Notes: generated by a model from the sequence alone, not told the origin. A stretch of DNA of 64,000 nucleotides from Eledone cirrhosa (GCA_964016885.1 OZ024745.1:50654001-50718000); one strand, 5' to 3'. Shown: positions 24,594 to 38,971, counted from the first letter of the stretch. Numbers and translations are program-made.

Positions 24594-24772
24594 TTCTTCT
24601 TCTTCTTCTTCTTCTTCTTCTTCTTCTTCTTCTTCTTCTTCTTCTTCTTCTTCTTCTTCTTCTTCTTCTTCTTCTTCTTCTTCTTCTTCTTCTTCTTCTT
24701 CTTCTTCTTCTTCTTCTTCTTCTTCTTCTTCATTGAGGGATGAGAGATTTCCATTCCGCACGGTTGCAATCC
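24594..24772 (-). mobile_element. RTE-like LINE extreme 3' end with expanded (GAA)n tail
   Basis: Reverse complement gives CNRAEWKSLIPQ-stop, then about 45 GAA units. Confidence 0.55.
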
Positions 24773-25350
24773 TTTAAAATATACAAACTGAAAACACACA
24801 TGTTAGTCATAAAGAGTAGGCACGTAAATGTTGACGTTTAAATCTAACGGCCAGAATTCAAATTCTGGTTGTAACATTTCCACATTGACGCTGCCTATTA
24901 TGTAGAAGAAACACGCTCATGACTTCATCCCAACGATGAGACAGCGGATCTCTAGAAACGTTCATGACAGATTTAGCTATTTTAGTTTTTCCAAACAAAT
25001 TTTAAAGAACTCACACAAATATATGAATAAAAAAACTTTAACAAAAAGACAAAGCTATAACCCAGCCGTGTATTCTATATAGTTCACGCACTCACACACT
25101 TGTATAGTGATATTGCCAGGTGTATGTGAAATAAAGCGTTAAAATAATCTAAATATTTATTTAGTAAGGTTAAGCTTAGGTGTATTAGTAAAAATAATAA
25201 GTAGACATAACAATAAGAAAGACACAGGAAGTTTGCTTGCTATAATCTTTTAAACAGTAAATGGCGTCAGGTAAATTCATATTAGGAAAGTATTAGGTAG
25301 AGGGGGAAATAACGACAATTTAGACTAACAAAAATGTGGATAGAAGTCAA

Positions 25351-25976
25351 TACATACATACATACATACATACATACATACATAGTGGCTGCCAACTCGT
25401 TTTCGAGTACGGCCACTACTTTATATCCATGTAGGAGAACTCCTACCGATGCGCTGAACGAGTGTGACATTTTAGTCCAGCTAGCTACTTGAAAACTCTG
25501 GTACAAACACTACACCTGTGACAATTATTGACACATAGTGCTGGGCCCATGGTTCCATGTGACGACAAGTGCAGAGAGATCTCCAGATATAAAGCAATGC
25601 CTGTGCCGTGAAGCTTTTATAGTGAGCAAAGGCACTGCACAAAGCCAGTCCCACTCTCTTAACCAAGATGATATTTACCAAAAAGAAGAACAAGTCAACA
25701 TCATTGGATACCATCAGGGTTGCAGGTGTTATATCAGAGTTTTCCTTCTCCTAGAATTCTGCCTTTACAAAGGCTAAGGGGTCATCTCTCCCGGTGATTT
25801 TGGATGGCCATTGACTCTTTGACAGGTTTTGTTTTTAGTCCTGCAGGATGTCCAAAGTCACCCTCCTCACCAAGAAACCTTGGTGGGGTTGCCAGTTTAG
25901 TCGCCAACGACCCGACCATGAGACAGGTTGTACTGGGATACATGTTACCAGTAGCACCAACTGGTGACCTGACATA
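25351..25976 (-). mobile_element. Non-autonomous retroposon (RTE-5'UTR-like body, 3' stem-loop, (TATG)n tail)
   Basis: Reverse complement contains TAGCCTTTG...GGCA...TCTAGGAGAAGGAAAACTCTGA and ends GTGGCCGTACTCGAAAACGAGTTGGCAGCCAC-(TATG)n. Related copies at 26030 and 34740. Confidence 0.65.
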
Positions 25977-25980
25977 GATA

Positions 25981-26607
25981 CATACATACATACATACATA
26001 CATACATACATACATACATACATACATAATGACTGCCCCCTCGTTATCGAGTATGGCCATTGCACGATATACATTATTAATAATTATTAATTAATGCTAT
26101 CATGCAATGCCTGTGCGTGAAGATATTTTTTAAAGTGAGGAAAGACTGTGCACTGAGCCAATCACACTCTCTCAGCGACAGTAGCTATAACCCGAAAAGA
26201 AGAAAAGATCAACATCATCGGTAACTACTGAGCCACAGGTTTTATATCGGAGTTATCCCAGTTTCCTGAGTTGCCTTCTCCTAGAAGAATGCCCTGACAA
26301 AGGCTAGGGGTCCTTCACTCCCAGTGGTTTAATCGGGTGTCCAGCCCGATTATTTCTATGTCTCCGCGCATATACATACACATGCACCCATGTATATACA
26401 CATATACATGTACATGTGTATATGCATATTTACACACTTTTGGATGGCCGTTGACTCTTATGAGTTCTTCCGCCATTTGTCGGGTCACTCTTGAGTGCTA
26501 CTGGTAACATGTAACCCAGTACAACCTGGCAACCCCACCAAGTTTACTTGGTGAGGAGGGTGATTTTGGACACCCTGCAGGACAAAAAACAAAACCTGAC
26601 AAAGGAC
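25981..26607 (-). mobile_element. Second, diverged copy of the same retroposon with its 5' segment inverted
   Basis: Same 3' hairpin and body. 26480-26607 is the reverse complement of 25815-25973. Confidence 0.65.
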
Positions 26608-26644
26608 ATACATACATACATACATACATACATACATACATACA

Positions 26645-26674
<30 letters not shown>

Positions 26675-26675
<1 letters not shown>

Positions 26676-27449
26676 GGAGTTCCGACAAGTTTATGACATC
26701 ACACCTTGAGGGATATCTCTATGCAATACAGGAACAAGAACTCCCTACCAAATATCTGCTGCACAAAAGAGGAGGGCCAGCAGCTGACAATAAATGTAGG
26801 CTATGTAAAACAAAGATCGAGGATGTAAGCCACATTGTTGCCAGCTGCGAAAGAATGTCATCTCGCTACTACCTCCCCATGAGACACGATGGGATAGCTA
26901 GAACCATCTGGAACGCACTTCGGAAAACAAAATTAACAACAAACGAGGAAGAATATATTGAGACAGATGGCACTAAGGAATACTGGTGGAACCTGAAAAT
27001 AAAAACTGCCACCAAATTAAAGCTCAACCGGCCTGATATTGTTGTTTGGGACCACACATTGAAAACGTGTTCTGTTGTGGACATCAGCTGCCCACTTGAT
27101 GTAAACGTTGTCAGAAAAATACAGGAGAAGGAGGACATCTACGGACCATTGATGAGGAGTTTACAAATCCAGTATCCAAGATACACCTTTAGCTTCATAC
27201 CCATCATTATTGGAGCTACGGGTTATATACCAACCCGCTTGGACCAAAGTATGACTGAACTTGGATTTGCGGACAAAAAGCGCAGCTCCCTAATTCATAG
27301 TCTACAAATGGCTGCGATAGCTGGCACCTTCAAAATTTGCAAAACATTCTTGCGATTCAAGGGATGACAATTTCTTTTCTTTTACAACCTTGCCACCAGG
27401 AAGGTGGCCGGTCAAAAAAAATATACTCGAAATTAAGAGAAAGAGATAA
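26675..27449 (+). mobile_element. 5'-truncated R4/Dong-type non-LTR retrotransposon between (CATA)n tracts
   Basis: Open 224-aa frame 26693-27367 with AIQEQ, CRLC..E...H....C knuckle, RHD, RPDIV..D...DISCP..KE..Y restriction-like endonuclease. (CATA)n on both sides. Confidence 0.85.
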
Positions 27450-27483
27450 CATACATACATACACACATACATATATATATATA

Positions 27484-27780
27484 TAATTGTTTCTACTTTT
27501 CGCAGAAGGCCAGCAATTACTCAGTGCATTACTGGTACTTTATTTTATCGACCCCGTAAGGATGAAAAGCAAAGTTAACCTCGGCAGAATGGCAAGGGCC
27601 GTAACTCTATGCGTCAAAGCATGGCATCCGACCCTCTACCGATACTGCCAATCCACTCGTGATTGAATACTATTGGCACAAGCCAGCAATTACCCAGTAC
27701 ATTACTGGTACTTTATTTTATCGACCCCGTAAGGATGAAAGGCAAAGTTAACCTTGGCGGGATTCGAACTCAGACCATAA
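27484..27780 (-). mobile_element. Two tandem MetaSINE copies
   Basis: Two SINE cores in the same orientation. Confidence 0.85.
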
Positions 27781-27977
27781 ACAGCCTCAAGACAACTAAC
27801 ATATGTATATATTCAAGACGATTAATTTATATATATATAGCTTAATTGAAAAGGGAGAATAAGCCGAAACAATTGTAGATTGTTTTCCACTCTGTTACTG
27901 CTAGAACAAAAGGAGGATGTTAGTCGTGTCGCATACATGGCGTAATGAGGCTGTTTATGTGCGTATTTTCTGCGTGG

Positions 27978-28069
<92 letters not shown>

Positions 28070-28079
28070 GTTATGTATG

Positions 28080-28142
<63 letters not shown>

Positions 28143-28390
28143 GTTATGTATGTATGTATGTATATATATATATATATATATATTTAGAAACACACAGATA
28201 CATGCGGACACACACATATATACATGAATGCATCCGCACCCAACTGCGAGTTAAGGGTGCCAACTCCACCGATGTTGCTCAATGAATGACTGGGACAGAC
28301 CAATATATCGCGTGACTATCTCCCCCTCCGCCTTTTGGGATTCTTTCTCACGTCGTGTAGACGCGTTCTTGAGACAAGTAAAATGAGGTA

Positions 28391-28478
28391 TCCTCTTGAT
28401 AAGTTGGCAGACCTCGCAAGGACTCTATATCTTTGATATATTGTTTTTGTTTATGCCACGAAACTACGTAGTCGAGGA
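28391..28478 (+). ncRNA. Type I hammerhead ribozyme, U3-A8 covariant core
   Basis: UCCUC UUGAUAA GUUGGCA...UGCCAC GAAAC UACGUA GUC GAGGA: 5-bp stem I, stem II UGGCA/UGCCA, palindromic stem III. Confidence 0.75.
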
Positions 28479-28544
28479 ATTTAGGAGCAGTTTAGGTATG
28501 ATACATTTTATTACCAATTATATCTAAATGTTTCTTCTCTCTTC

Positions 28545-28585
<41 letters not shown>

Positions 28586-28591
28586 GTTATG

Positions 28592-28636
<45 letters not shown>

Positions 28637-29087
28637 GTTATGTATGTATATATATATATATATACATATACATACATATTCAAAATAGAGGGCGCACTGC
28701 GCAAAGGCAATGGAAAAAACATCGGAATGAGGGGCTGTCCTATCTCTTCAGTTAACCTCCGGAAATCACCACGGTCTTGGCGCATTAAGGGACACAGCAA
28801 AACAGGCAGAAATATGTTATGTCATTAGTTAAATTACACTGATAAAGAGTGCGCAAGGGTTTAACGAAAGGAGAAAAAATATATAGAAAGGAGAGAAATA
28901 GTAAAACAGAAGAGAATGTAGTCCAACGTGCAAACAAACAAAAACACTGAGGCGTAGAAAAGGTAAGAAGGGAAAATAGAGGAAAACAGGCCTGACGGTG
29001 TGATGTCTATTATATGATAGTTTCCCCAAAAAGCCCGCATGAATAAGTCTTTAGAATATAAATTCAAAATAGTGGGCGCACTGGATA

Positions 29088-29182
<95 letters not shown>

Positions 29183-32100
29183 CGAGTGTGTGTGTGAGAG
29201 AGAGGGAGTGTGAGAGAGATTGAGAAAGAGATATAGAGAGACAGAGAGAGAGAGACTTCTCTACACATTTTGTTATATATATTTATATAACAAAATTCGT
29301 ACTCTATGTTTTTTATTTCATTACTCATTCTCCTTCAACTGATGCATAAAATTGATAGGTTGTTGGACGTAGTGATGGCAACTAATAAGAAAAACAGGAA
29401 CTAAACTGAAACTCAATAGTATAGTGAATAGGATAATAGAATGAAGATATTCCGCATGGAAATAAGATGGATGCTCCTCCATCGGTTTCGACGATGCTCC
29501 TCCATCGGTTTCGACGATGCTCCTTCAGTTTCTCGATCAATCAATCGTCCAACTCATTAAATGAACGCGTATGAGGATAGGAAACTCCACAAGCACGTGT
29601 ACTCAAACTGAATTAGCGTGACACAAAATAACTCAAGTGGATCATGTCGTGGTTGGGACACAGAACGTATGTTGCTAGAACAAATACCGCCAGTCCAACA
29701 TCCTAAATTGAGATATCCTTTATCGACCCGAAAGGATTGTAGTTGATCGCATCGATCCCAGAATTCATATTTTCAAATCTGATATATATTTTATCGATCT
29801 CATTTTGTCGGACTGCTAAACGCACAGGCGCACATACACAGATACACACACACATAAGATGAATGTCTGCAGTTTCTATCAAACAAATTCACAAGGCATT
29901 GGTCATCTCGAGGCTACAGCAGAAGACACTTGTTAAAGATTTTAAAAGAAATGTTCACATTTGTAGAGCAGTTGAGCTCAATGATTCCACATAGTTTGTG
30001 ATTTCTTTTCAAAACAACTCAAATATTTACTAGTTTGGTGGGGGCAGTGTACCTCAGCCATTATTTTTTCAGTGCCTTCAAGATTAAAAGGGTATCTTCG
30101 CTAAAGAAACCCAAACGACCAGATGGTCGTGTTAAACCTAGTGACAGATTAAATCGCGCCACCCAAGAACTCAGAACACAAACAACCAGAACAAATACCG
30201 TACGCATATGATTTAGTCCAGTACTGACTGGTATTTGTTTTATTGACCTTGAACAGATGAAAGACAGATTTGACCTGTTGTCAGACCAACAATATTTTCA
30301 TCTTTCTCTACTTCCTGTTCTAGAGCAATAATCTAAAACGTTAAACATTCCACTCCTTCCATTAATTGGGCTTATCTGTATTCTACAGATTTCATTATTT
30401 TAATTGCTGCCCAACGAGATACTAACCTATTGTTTCGCAATTATATGAAATACATAAATAGTTTTAACAGTTAAGTATACAATTTAAAATTGAGCAAAGC
30501 GAACCACCGCGGGAGTCTCTACTCGATCGTTCGACATGAAAGAAATATAAACCAAAATTCTTTCAGTTCACTTCCTAAGACATTTTAGATAATGTAATCC
30601 AAATGCACATTGTCTAAAAACAGATACACGTCTTCACCTGTCGCTTACACCCCAACAACAACAACATCGACTATGAATATAGAACTATCTTATAAAGTAA
30701 ATATATTTCTTGTAGAAGTACTGCAAAAGGATACAAAAAAGAAATAGAGGTGGGAGTGTAGATAAACATTTTACAGAAATGATCTATGAGGGAGTAAAAG
30801 AGTTATAAATTTAGTTAGATTAAATTTGCCTCGATTATGCAGCAAGTCCTAACTTAGAATGCTATGTAGTCATAAGGGAAGGGACGGGTAAGCATAAAAA
30901 GCCATTGAACACAAAATGTTCACCTTCTTGCTCCAAGAATGGTCACGCGCGCACACGCACAAACACATGCACTCTCATAGAATTAGATATTCATACAAAT
31001 GTCTAAATGAATGCATGGGTGTGTGTGTGAATGTGTATATATGTATGTAAAGTAGAAAGAAAATGTAAATAAGAGAGAGTGTGAGGGTGGGTCATGGAGT
31101 TATTTGGCGTGGGGTTTGGGGCTGGAAGGAGATATAAGTTGGTCTCATTCTGTCCTATTATAACTCTCTAATTATAATCCGTGTATAGATTTATATTTGC
31201 ATACACACACAAAGGCACACACACACAGTGGCACACATACACAATGGCACACACAAACAAAGACACACAAAGACACACACGTACACGTACACACACACAG
31301 AGTTACACATCCAAAATCACATATATACTTATTCACTCAGTCACAAAGATGCAGACACGCACTCATATTAACACGAACGCATGCAGACCTTTCTTTCACG
31401 TTACAAAGACGCAGACATACACTTAGGCATTACAGATACATAAACACTGGTAAAAGAATTGTATAAGAAAAATAGAAGAAAAAAAATATATAAGCAACAT
31501 TTCTGAAGTGTATTGGGGCCAAGGCATTTCAGCTTTAGGGGAATAGGGAAAGGATTTTCTGTCGACTGTTATTGAGGTTAAAGTAGGGGAAAAGGTGGTA
31601 GGAGATAACAATAAGGACTGGGATTTAAATCTTTATTCATTGACATGCCTAGCCAACCCCAAACCCCAACCACTATCCCATACACACTAAAAAAAAAAGA
31701 AAAAAACAGCACAAAAAAAAAACCTTGAAGAAAATACAAACAACAAAACCATTAAGAAGCAGTAGCAAGAAAACAAGGAGGACAACGACATTCAGAAAAA
31801 ATATGTATAAAAACTGAAAAGAAAATTAGTGAAAAAGAAATAACAAAACAAACCACATAGAAAAAAATGCAAAGAAAATGAAAACACATTAAAGTCATGA
31901 CTGAATGTTTAAGAAATGTTGTTTCAGACGCTTAACTATACTTTTATATTATAATTGTATTTGCTGTCCTTGTTGTTAATGTTGATGTTGCTGTTGCAGT
32001 TGTTGTTAAGGTTTTAGCTGAATCTAGAAGAATGTACTTTTAGTAAAATGTCTTGCTTACAAATACAAAGCCCTAAAGAATGCTCAGACATCACAAATGG

Positions 32101-32249
32101 GAGGTCCAGAGCGCTAGGACTGCATTTAAACAGTAAAATAGATAAATAAACGAATAAACCACCAAAAATCCCCCCATAAAATCTTGGTAACAACGAAAAC
32201 ATTTACAGATGCACCTTTTTCTTTTCCAGTATACTAAAAAATGGTTATA

Positions 32250-32700
32250 TATACGGGGTGTCCTAGAATTAACTATCTATTTCAGTGAAATCGGAGCATA
32301 AAAAAAAAGCCCCCCCCCCCCCCCCCCAAAAAAAAACCTCACTTTTATTTCTATTCTTCGTGTTTAATATGTGTTAGAAGTGTATAAATTTCTAGTTTTG
32401 GCTCTTTCCAAATCGGTGGATTGGACGTGAAGGACCTCGACTTTGGCATCCGCGTTCTCTTGATTTGACCACCATGGATTTCTTTGCACGAGGTTTAAAA
32501 ACAACAACAAATGTTTATAACGAAAAGATCAATAGTTTAAACGGAAAAAATGAAACGAAATTTCATTTCTCATACTTATAATCAATAGTTTAGCTGAACG
32601 CTTAAAGAACCCATTCAGTTAACATTGAAGGAGATAACTCCTGAAATGCTTCAAAAATGTGTTTCACCACGCTAACGATAGATTTGAAATTTGTAGGGAT
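32250..32700 (+). mobile_element. Internally deleted Tc1/mariner-superfamily (rosa/DD41D-like) transposon relic
   Basis: TA-CGGGGTGTCC terminus. 32411-32494 encodes NRWIGREGPRLWHPRSLDLTTMDFFARG (WIGR...WPPRSPDLTP.DF motif). EITPEMLQ follows. Confidence 0.7.
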
Positions 32701-32905
32701 ACTGTACTCAGGCCTGGAAAGGATGGACTCCGCCAGGCTTAAACTGCCCAAGAAACGCCCTATGTGGATATTTTTTTTTGTAACAGTCTATCAGAAGGCT
32801 CTCTAATATAAAACCTGTGATTGAATTAGTTACCGGTCGTCATGATCTCGCTTGTCAGTGGCTACGGAATACGGCGCCCCTACGACTCTATCAGGAGTTA
32901 CGGAG

Positions 32906-32968
<63 letters not shown>

Positions 32969-33682
32969 ATGCTATATTTGGGGACAATATGACGTACTAG
33001 AGAAGACTCATGTGATAAGACGAACATGGGAAGGATGCTAGTAAAAATCAGAGGTGTAGCTATATTGAGGTAACTTTCCTGCCAATATGCCCCATTCCAT
33101 CTCCCGACTCTCACTATCCTACTATCCCCACATTTAGACTCCTCTCTCTTACACTTGATCTCCCCTCTCCCAATGTCAATCTTCCATTATTTCTCCTTTC
33201 TTGTCCAACATATGTCAGATTTGAGAGACAGAAGCATCTCCACACTATACTCCCAATCTCGCGTGCTCAACCACTCTTTCTCACTCTCATTCACACACTC
33301 TCTCCCTTTCTCTTCACAACCACCCCCATGTTTCAAAATTACCTCCTCACCTCACATCCGGGAGTTCTTACTTCCTCCTCCAACTATCTTAGTTTGGAAA
33401 GTATTTCACATTGTACCACCAGATGTCATTCACTTTACTTAAGGCCACTCTTCCTTCTTACTCCCTCACTCAGCAAGAAACGTAGCCACTTCCCGCTCTC
33501 ATCCCTATTATTCCTGCTTGGCCGAAAGCAAGAGCGCCCTAGTATTGAAAAATAGTAGTGCTGATGCCACGATAAACAGACCCAGTATACGTCGTAAATA
33601 GGTTGGCGTTTAGAAGGGCATCCAGCCGTAGGAACTATGATAGAAAGGAACGTATAAACAACACCCAGCCATCAGATCTGTC

Positions 33683-33780
<98 letters not shown>

Positions 33781-33841
33781 GCATACACACACAAACACAC
33801 ACACACACGCGGACACACACATACTCACGCGCACGCGCACG

Positions 33842-33902
<61 letters not shown>

Positions 33903-33963
33903 GCATACACACACAAACACACACACACACGCGGACACACACATACTCACGCGCACGCGCACG

Positions 33964-34025
<62 letters not shown>

Positions 34026-34739
34026 CACACTCTCTCTCTCTTTCTCTCACCCACACACGCATACTCACTCACTCACACTCAGAAACATGCACACATACAC
34101 ACACAACTGCATTTTAAAGCAATACAAAAAAAAAAAAAATGGCTTCGAATTAAGGAAGTATTTAGAACGTATTTGTTCCAGCCACTCTGAGTGGCTCAAC
34201 TGTACTTTTCAGCCAAGCTTAACTGTACTTTTCATCGTTTCAGAATCGATAAACAAAGTAGCGAGGGGGGAGGGGGGATTCCTTGAGCGCCGAATGCCAT
34301 GTCTTGTGGTAACTGTTCCGGCTGTGATCTCTCTTATTTCAAATCGTGCTTTTTGTCACCGGAAAAATGGTTACATGATAACACTAGGGCCACTTCAAAA
34401 CAACTAAGCTACCACCAGCTCTGAGATGCAACCAGTGCAGATGTGAACGTTTTCAATAACAATACAAATTTATTGGATGGTTTACTAAAGATTTCGTACT
34501 TCAGTCTTTTTCAAGCCTTCGAAATGTTCAGAGATTATTGTGACTCTATACGTGAGTTTTTCTCCCATAGTAAATGTCGATAATAGATGTGTTGAAATTC
34601 GAAAAAAGCAAAACAAAACAAAACAACAACAATAAAAAACAAACAAAAACCAATATATGCGATTAAATACATACATACGTATATAATTATATACATGTAT
34701 GTATATATGTATATACAAATGTATGCATATATGTATATG

Positions 34740-34955
34740 GTGGCTGCCAACTCGTTTTCGAGTACGGCCACTACTTTATATCCATGTAAGAAAACCCCTA
34801 TCGATGCTCTGAACGAGTGTGACATTTTAGTCCAGCCAGCGACTTGAAAACTCTGGTACAAACACTACACTTGTGACAATTATTGATACATAGTGCTGGG
34901 CCCATGGTACCATGTGACGACAAGTGCAGAGAGATCTTCAGATATAAAGCAATGC
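34740..34955 (-). mobile_element. 3' fragment of the (TATG)-tailed retroposon at 25351
   Basis: Near identical to 25385-25598. Confidence 0.8.
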
Positions 34956-35321
34956 AAACATTTACGTATGCTTGCATGTATACATACATGCATACATACA
35001 TGCATATATGCATACATACATACAATACATAACACATATGCATACATCTCACAACAATCTATCTATCCATAAATTCACACGTGCATACATATACATACAT
35101 ACATACGCACACACATACACACGCACACACATAAACATACATACATAGATACATACATAAATACATACATACATTCACACAAACATTCATACATGCTTAC
35201 GTATGTATGTCACTATATATACACAGGTATATATGAAGGCATATACGATATGTTTATGAAAATAAACATATAAGAGTCTCTCTATGAATATTGTAATATG
35301 TGATCAGATCACAGCCAATGA

Positions 35322-35370
35322 AAATGTTCGACACCTGTTTCTGGATTTTTATCCGTCATCAGTGACATTT
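35322..35370 (-). ncRNA. Minimal type I hammerhead ribozyme (stem I partly mismatched)
   Basis: Reverse complement reads AAAUGUCA CUGAUGA CGGAU AAAA AUCCA GAAAC AGGU GUC GAACAUUU. Confidence 0.7.
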
Positions 35371-36437
35371 ACTCACTAGCAACTGGAACGAAAGTAAGCT
35401 AATGCATTTGTGCTTTATGGCATATGAAAGACTGGCTGGAGATGTTCACATACACTTTTCTTATGAACCACGCTATGTTAGTGCTACAGCTAATACATAC
35501 ATACAGACATTCATGAATGCTTATATACATACGTAGGTACATACCTATGTGCGTACATACGTATACACATACATACACACATGCATACATGCATAACGTT
35601 CGTACGTATGAAGATGACTTCATCTTGTCAGATGACAGCCGTCTCATTGTTCTTTGTTCAATTAATCTCTGTTCACCAACATACGCCTATGTGCTAGGCA
35701 GACAGACAGTTTTTGATTCATCTTTTCTAGCCTCTTCCCAGGAAAGTGGGTGAGTATTTCTCTCCCTACAAAGGGCTGCTTAGTCACAGCAAATTACACC
35801 CACCCAAAATCAGTATCTGACATGATAACGACGTTAAAATAAGAACCCTACCGTCTATATGCAGATTTGTGGGTATGTGCCTGTATATACTTAAGTCTGC
35901 ATAAGTCGCCACCTCTCCATCACCTCAGCAATAACAAAATGAATAACATCAGATGATAAGAGATCTTTGGATTATGGTGGTATATTTCGAGTGTATGCTA
36001 TTCTCAGTATCCATAGATAAATATTTCGTACCCACTGACAAGCGAGAGCATGACAACCGGTAACTAATTCAATCACAGGTTTTATATTAGAGAGCCTTCT
36101 CATAGACTGTCCCGAAAAAAAATATCCACAATTCGCCATGGCTTGAATTTTGAGTTTACTTTCTCCAAGTGGTTTTAATGTGTGTGTGCGTGTGTATACA
36201 TACTCGCATTCATACGTTCATATTTACACATATACACACGCATCCGTGCACACGTACACATACACAAATACATAATTACAAACATATGTATGTGGATGTA
36301 TGTATATGTGTCTATATATATATTATATATATGTGTGTGTGTGTGTGTGTGCGTGTGCGTGCGTCCCTGTGTATGCGTATGTATGTATTATATATGATGT
36401 GTGTGTGTGTGTGTGTGTATGCATTTGTGTGTATGCG

Positions 36438-36502
<65 letters not shown>

Positions 36503-36521
36503 ATGCATTTGTGTGTATGCG

Positions 36522-36583
<62 letters not shown>

Positions 36584-37017
36584 CATTTGTGTGCACGCGT
36601 GTATAAGGGATCAATGGATAGAGTAGAGACATAATTGAAATGAGATGTGAAACCCTCTAATTATGATAATTTACCTAAATTTTCTGTAGTAACCAATTTT
36701 GATAAAAGTCATAAACGTGATATAATGTAATTGTCTTCAGTAGACTTCAATTGGTTCCGAAGGGGGCTCAGTACTTATCTTTGATTTTGTGGTGTTAATT
36801 ACGTGTTATAGGATGACAGTCATATGTATCATTTTATCACACCGTCTAGGGGAATTGCACCTAGAATTGGGGGTGTATAATGAGATGGCTCTACTGAATG
36901 TTGTTTAAATAGACTCCTAACTCCTGGTGGAGTCGTTGCGGCGTTTTGAACATTCTAAATATATCAGAGCCCATACCTACCCAGGTTTGAAAGCAGACGA
37001 TTTCTTCCACAGAAGCT

Positions 37018-37089
<72 letters not shown>

Positions 37090-37135
37090 ATGAGAGAGCA
37101 GACGATTTCTTCCACGGAAGGTGTGTATGTGTGTG

Positions 37136-37213
<78 letters not shown>

Positions 37214-37411
37214 TAGAGGAAGAATCGACTTCGAAAGGCTGAAAGATAAATTTGATCTCGGTGGGTTTTGAACTCAGAGCAAAGAGAGTCTGAACGAATA
37301 GCGCAAAGCAGTCTAGCCAATGTTCTAATAACTGTCAAGTTGCCGCCTATCTACGAATATTATGTACTACAATAATCTAAAAGAGGAACCTTTCAAATAA
37401 CACCCTCACAA

Positions 37412-37431
37412 CTATATATATAAAACCGAGG

Positions 37432-37478
<47 letters not shown>

Positions 37479-37851
37479 AATCCCTAAAACTCGAGAAGTA
37501 CCCAACCGATTTTTTTCAAACTTTATATGTGTATTACTTATGTTTCAGGGAGTGTTATGCACATAAAAGAATTCAACCTTTTGATCCCCTAGGGCCCGCA
37601 TTAGGTGAAAACTGCGTTTTTTCAGCTTTTTGGTTTTTTTTGGACCGATTCTCAGACCGATTTCCTTGAAATTGTAACTATGTATTAGTCATTCTCTTCT
37701 TCATACCGTGAGCAAATAAAATCCAACTTTTTAATGGCCTAGGGTCCGCATTAGGTGAAAAACAGGCATGCAGTTTTTCCAGGATTAGGTCTGTTGGTGG
37801 CTCATGTTCCAAAATACCTTATCCCGTGCAACGCCAGGTACCACTGCTAGT
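37412..37851 (+). mobile_element. Non-autonomous Helitron-type element
   Basis: 5' CTATATATATAAAA, (TG)n, 3' CCCGTGCAACGCCAGG hairpin region and a CTAG-T end. Confidence 0.8.
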
Positions 37852-38339
37852 GTTTAATAAAATAGAAGGACATACTGAATAATGTGATCATAAATTCTAT
37901 TCTTTATCACCAGCATCACCATCAACGGAAACACTGTTCATGTATGTGAGCAGTGAATTGGTAGAAACGTTAGAGTGCCGGACAAGACATCTTGTGGTAT
38001 TTATTCTAGCTCCTTACATCCCGCCAAACTCAGTTTGTCTTTCATATTTCTGGGCTCGGAAGATAGACAGGCAGAATTAATAGGGTGTCGTACGAAATAC
38101 TTTGCACCGTCAACGCGCCCTTGGGCGCTGGTAGATACGATCAGTGTTACAAGCATTTAGACCAATTATCTGTTTTTGTGGATACGTTCTTCCTTCATTT
38201 CCACCAGTCAAGCTGGCAGTGAATAGAATCATGAGCAATGTCCTTCCTGAGTAAACGGTAAAAACGTACCCAGATGTACTAGGGATTTTATACCTTTAAA
38301 GGCATATTCTTATATCTGTAATGGTTTCTTTATCAATAA

Positions 38340-38971
38340 CTAGCAGTGATACCCGGCGTTGCACGGGATAAGGTATTTTGGAACGCGAGCCACCAACAGA
38401 CCTAATCGTGGAAAAACTGCATGCCTGGACAATATGTAAAGAAAATAAACCGAATAATCTGCTGGCTGGATAATCTTTAAGATTTTCCTCGATGAAGCAG
38501 GAAAAAATGCAGGTTTTCACCTAATGCGGACCCTAGGGGATCAAGAAAAGGATTTTTTTAAATGTGCATAATATGCCTTGAAATTTCTGGAAAATCGGCT
38601 AGACATAACGCCTCAAAAGAGCCCTAAAAAGCTGAAAAAATGAAGTTTTTCACCTAATGCCTAGGCCATAAAAAAGTTGGATATTCTTTGCTCAGAGGAT
38701 GAAGAAGAGACTGACTAATACATAGTTACAATTTCAAGGAAATCGGTCTGACGTAACACCTAAAAAAACCCTAAAAAGCTGAAAAAACAGTTTTTCACCT
38801 AGGGGAACAAAAAGTTGAATTTGTTTATGTGCATAACACTCCCTAAAACATAAGTAATACACATGTAAAGTTTGAAAAAAATCGGGTGTTACTTCTCGAG
38901 TTTTAGGGATTCAAACTCACAGACACACACACAGACACACAGACAGACATCCTCAGTTTTATATATATAGA
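38340..38971 (-). mobile_element. Non-autonomous Helitron-type element, same family, opposite strand
   Basis: Reverse complement reads TCTATATATATAAAACTGAGGATG...TTTGAATCCCTAAAACTCGAGAAGTA...CCCGTGCAACGCCGGGTATCACTGCTAGT. Confidence 0.82.

Noticed and set aside
25830-25975. HDV-like ribozyme at the retroposon 5' end
   Set aside because: A P1-like pairing (GGUCACC/GGUGACU) exists, but I could not build P3/L3/P1.1.
29470-29533. 24-bp tandem repeat with hammerhead-like CTGAAGG...GAAAC on the minus strand
   Set aside because: Core mismatched and no stems; treated as a local slippage duplication.
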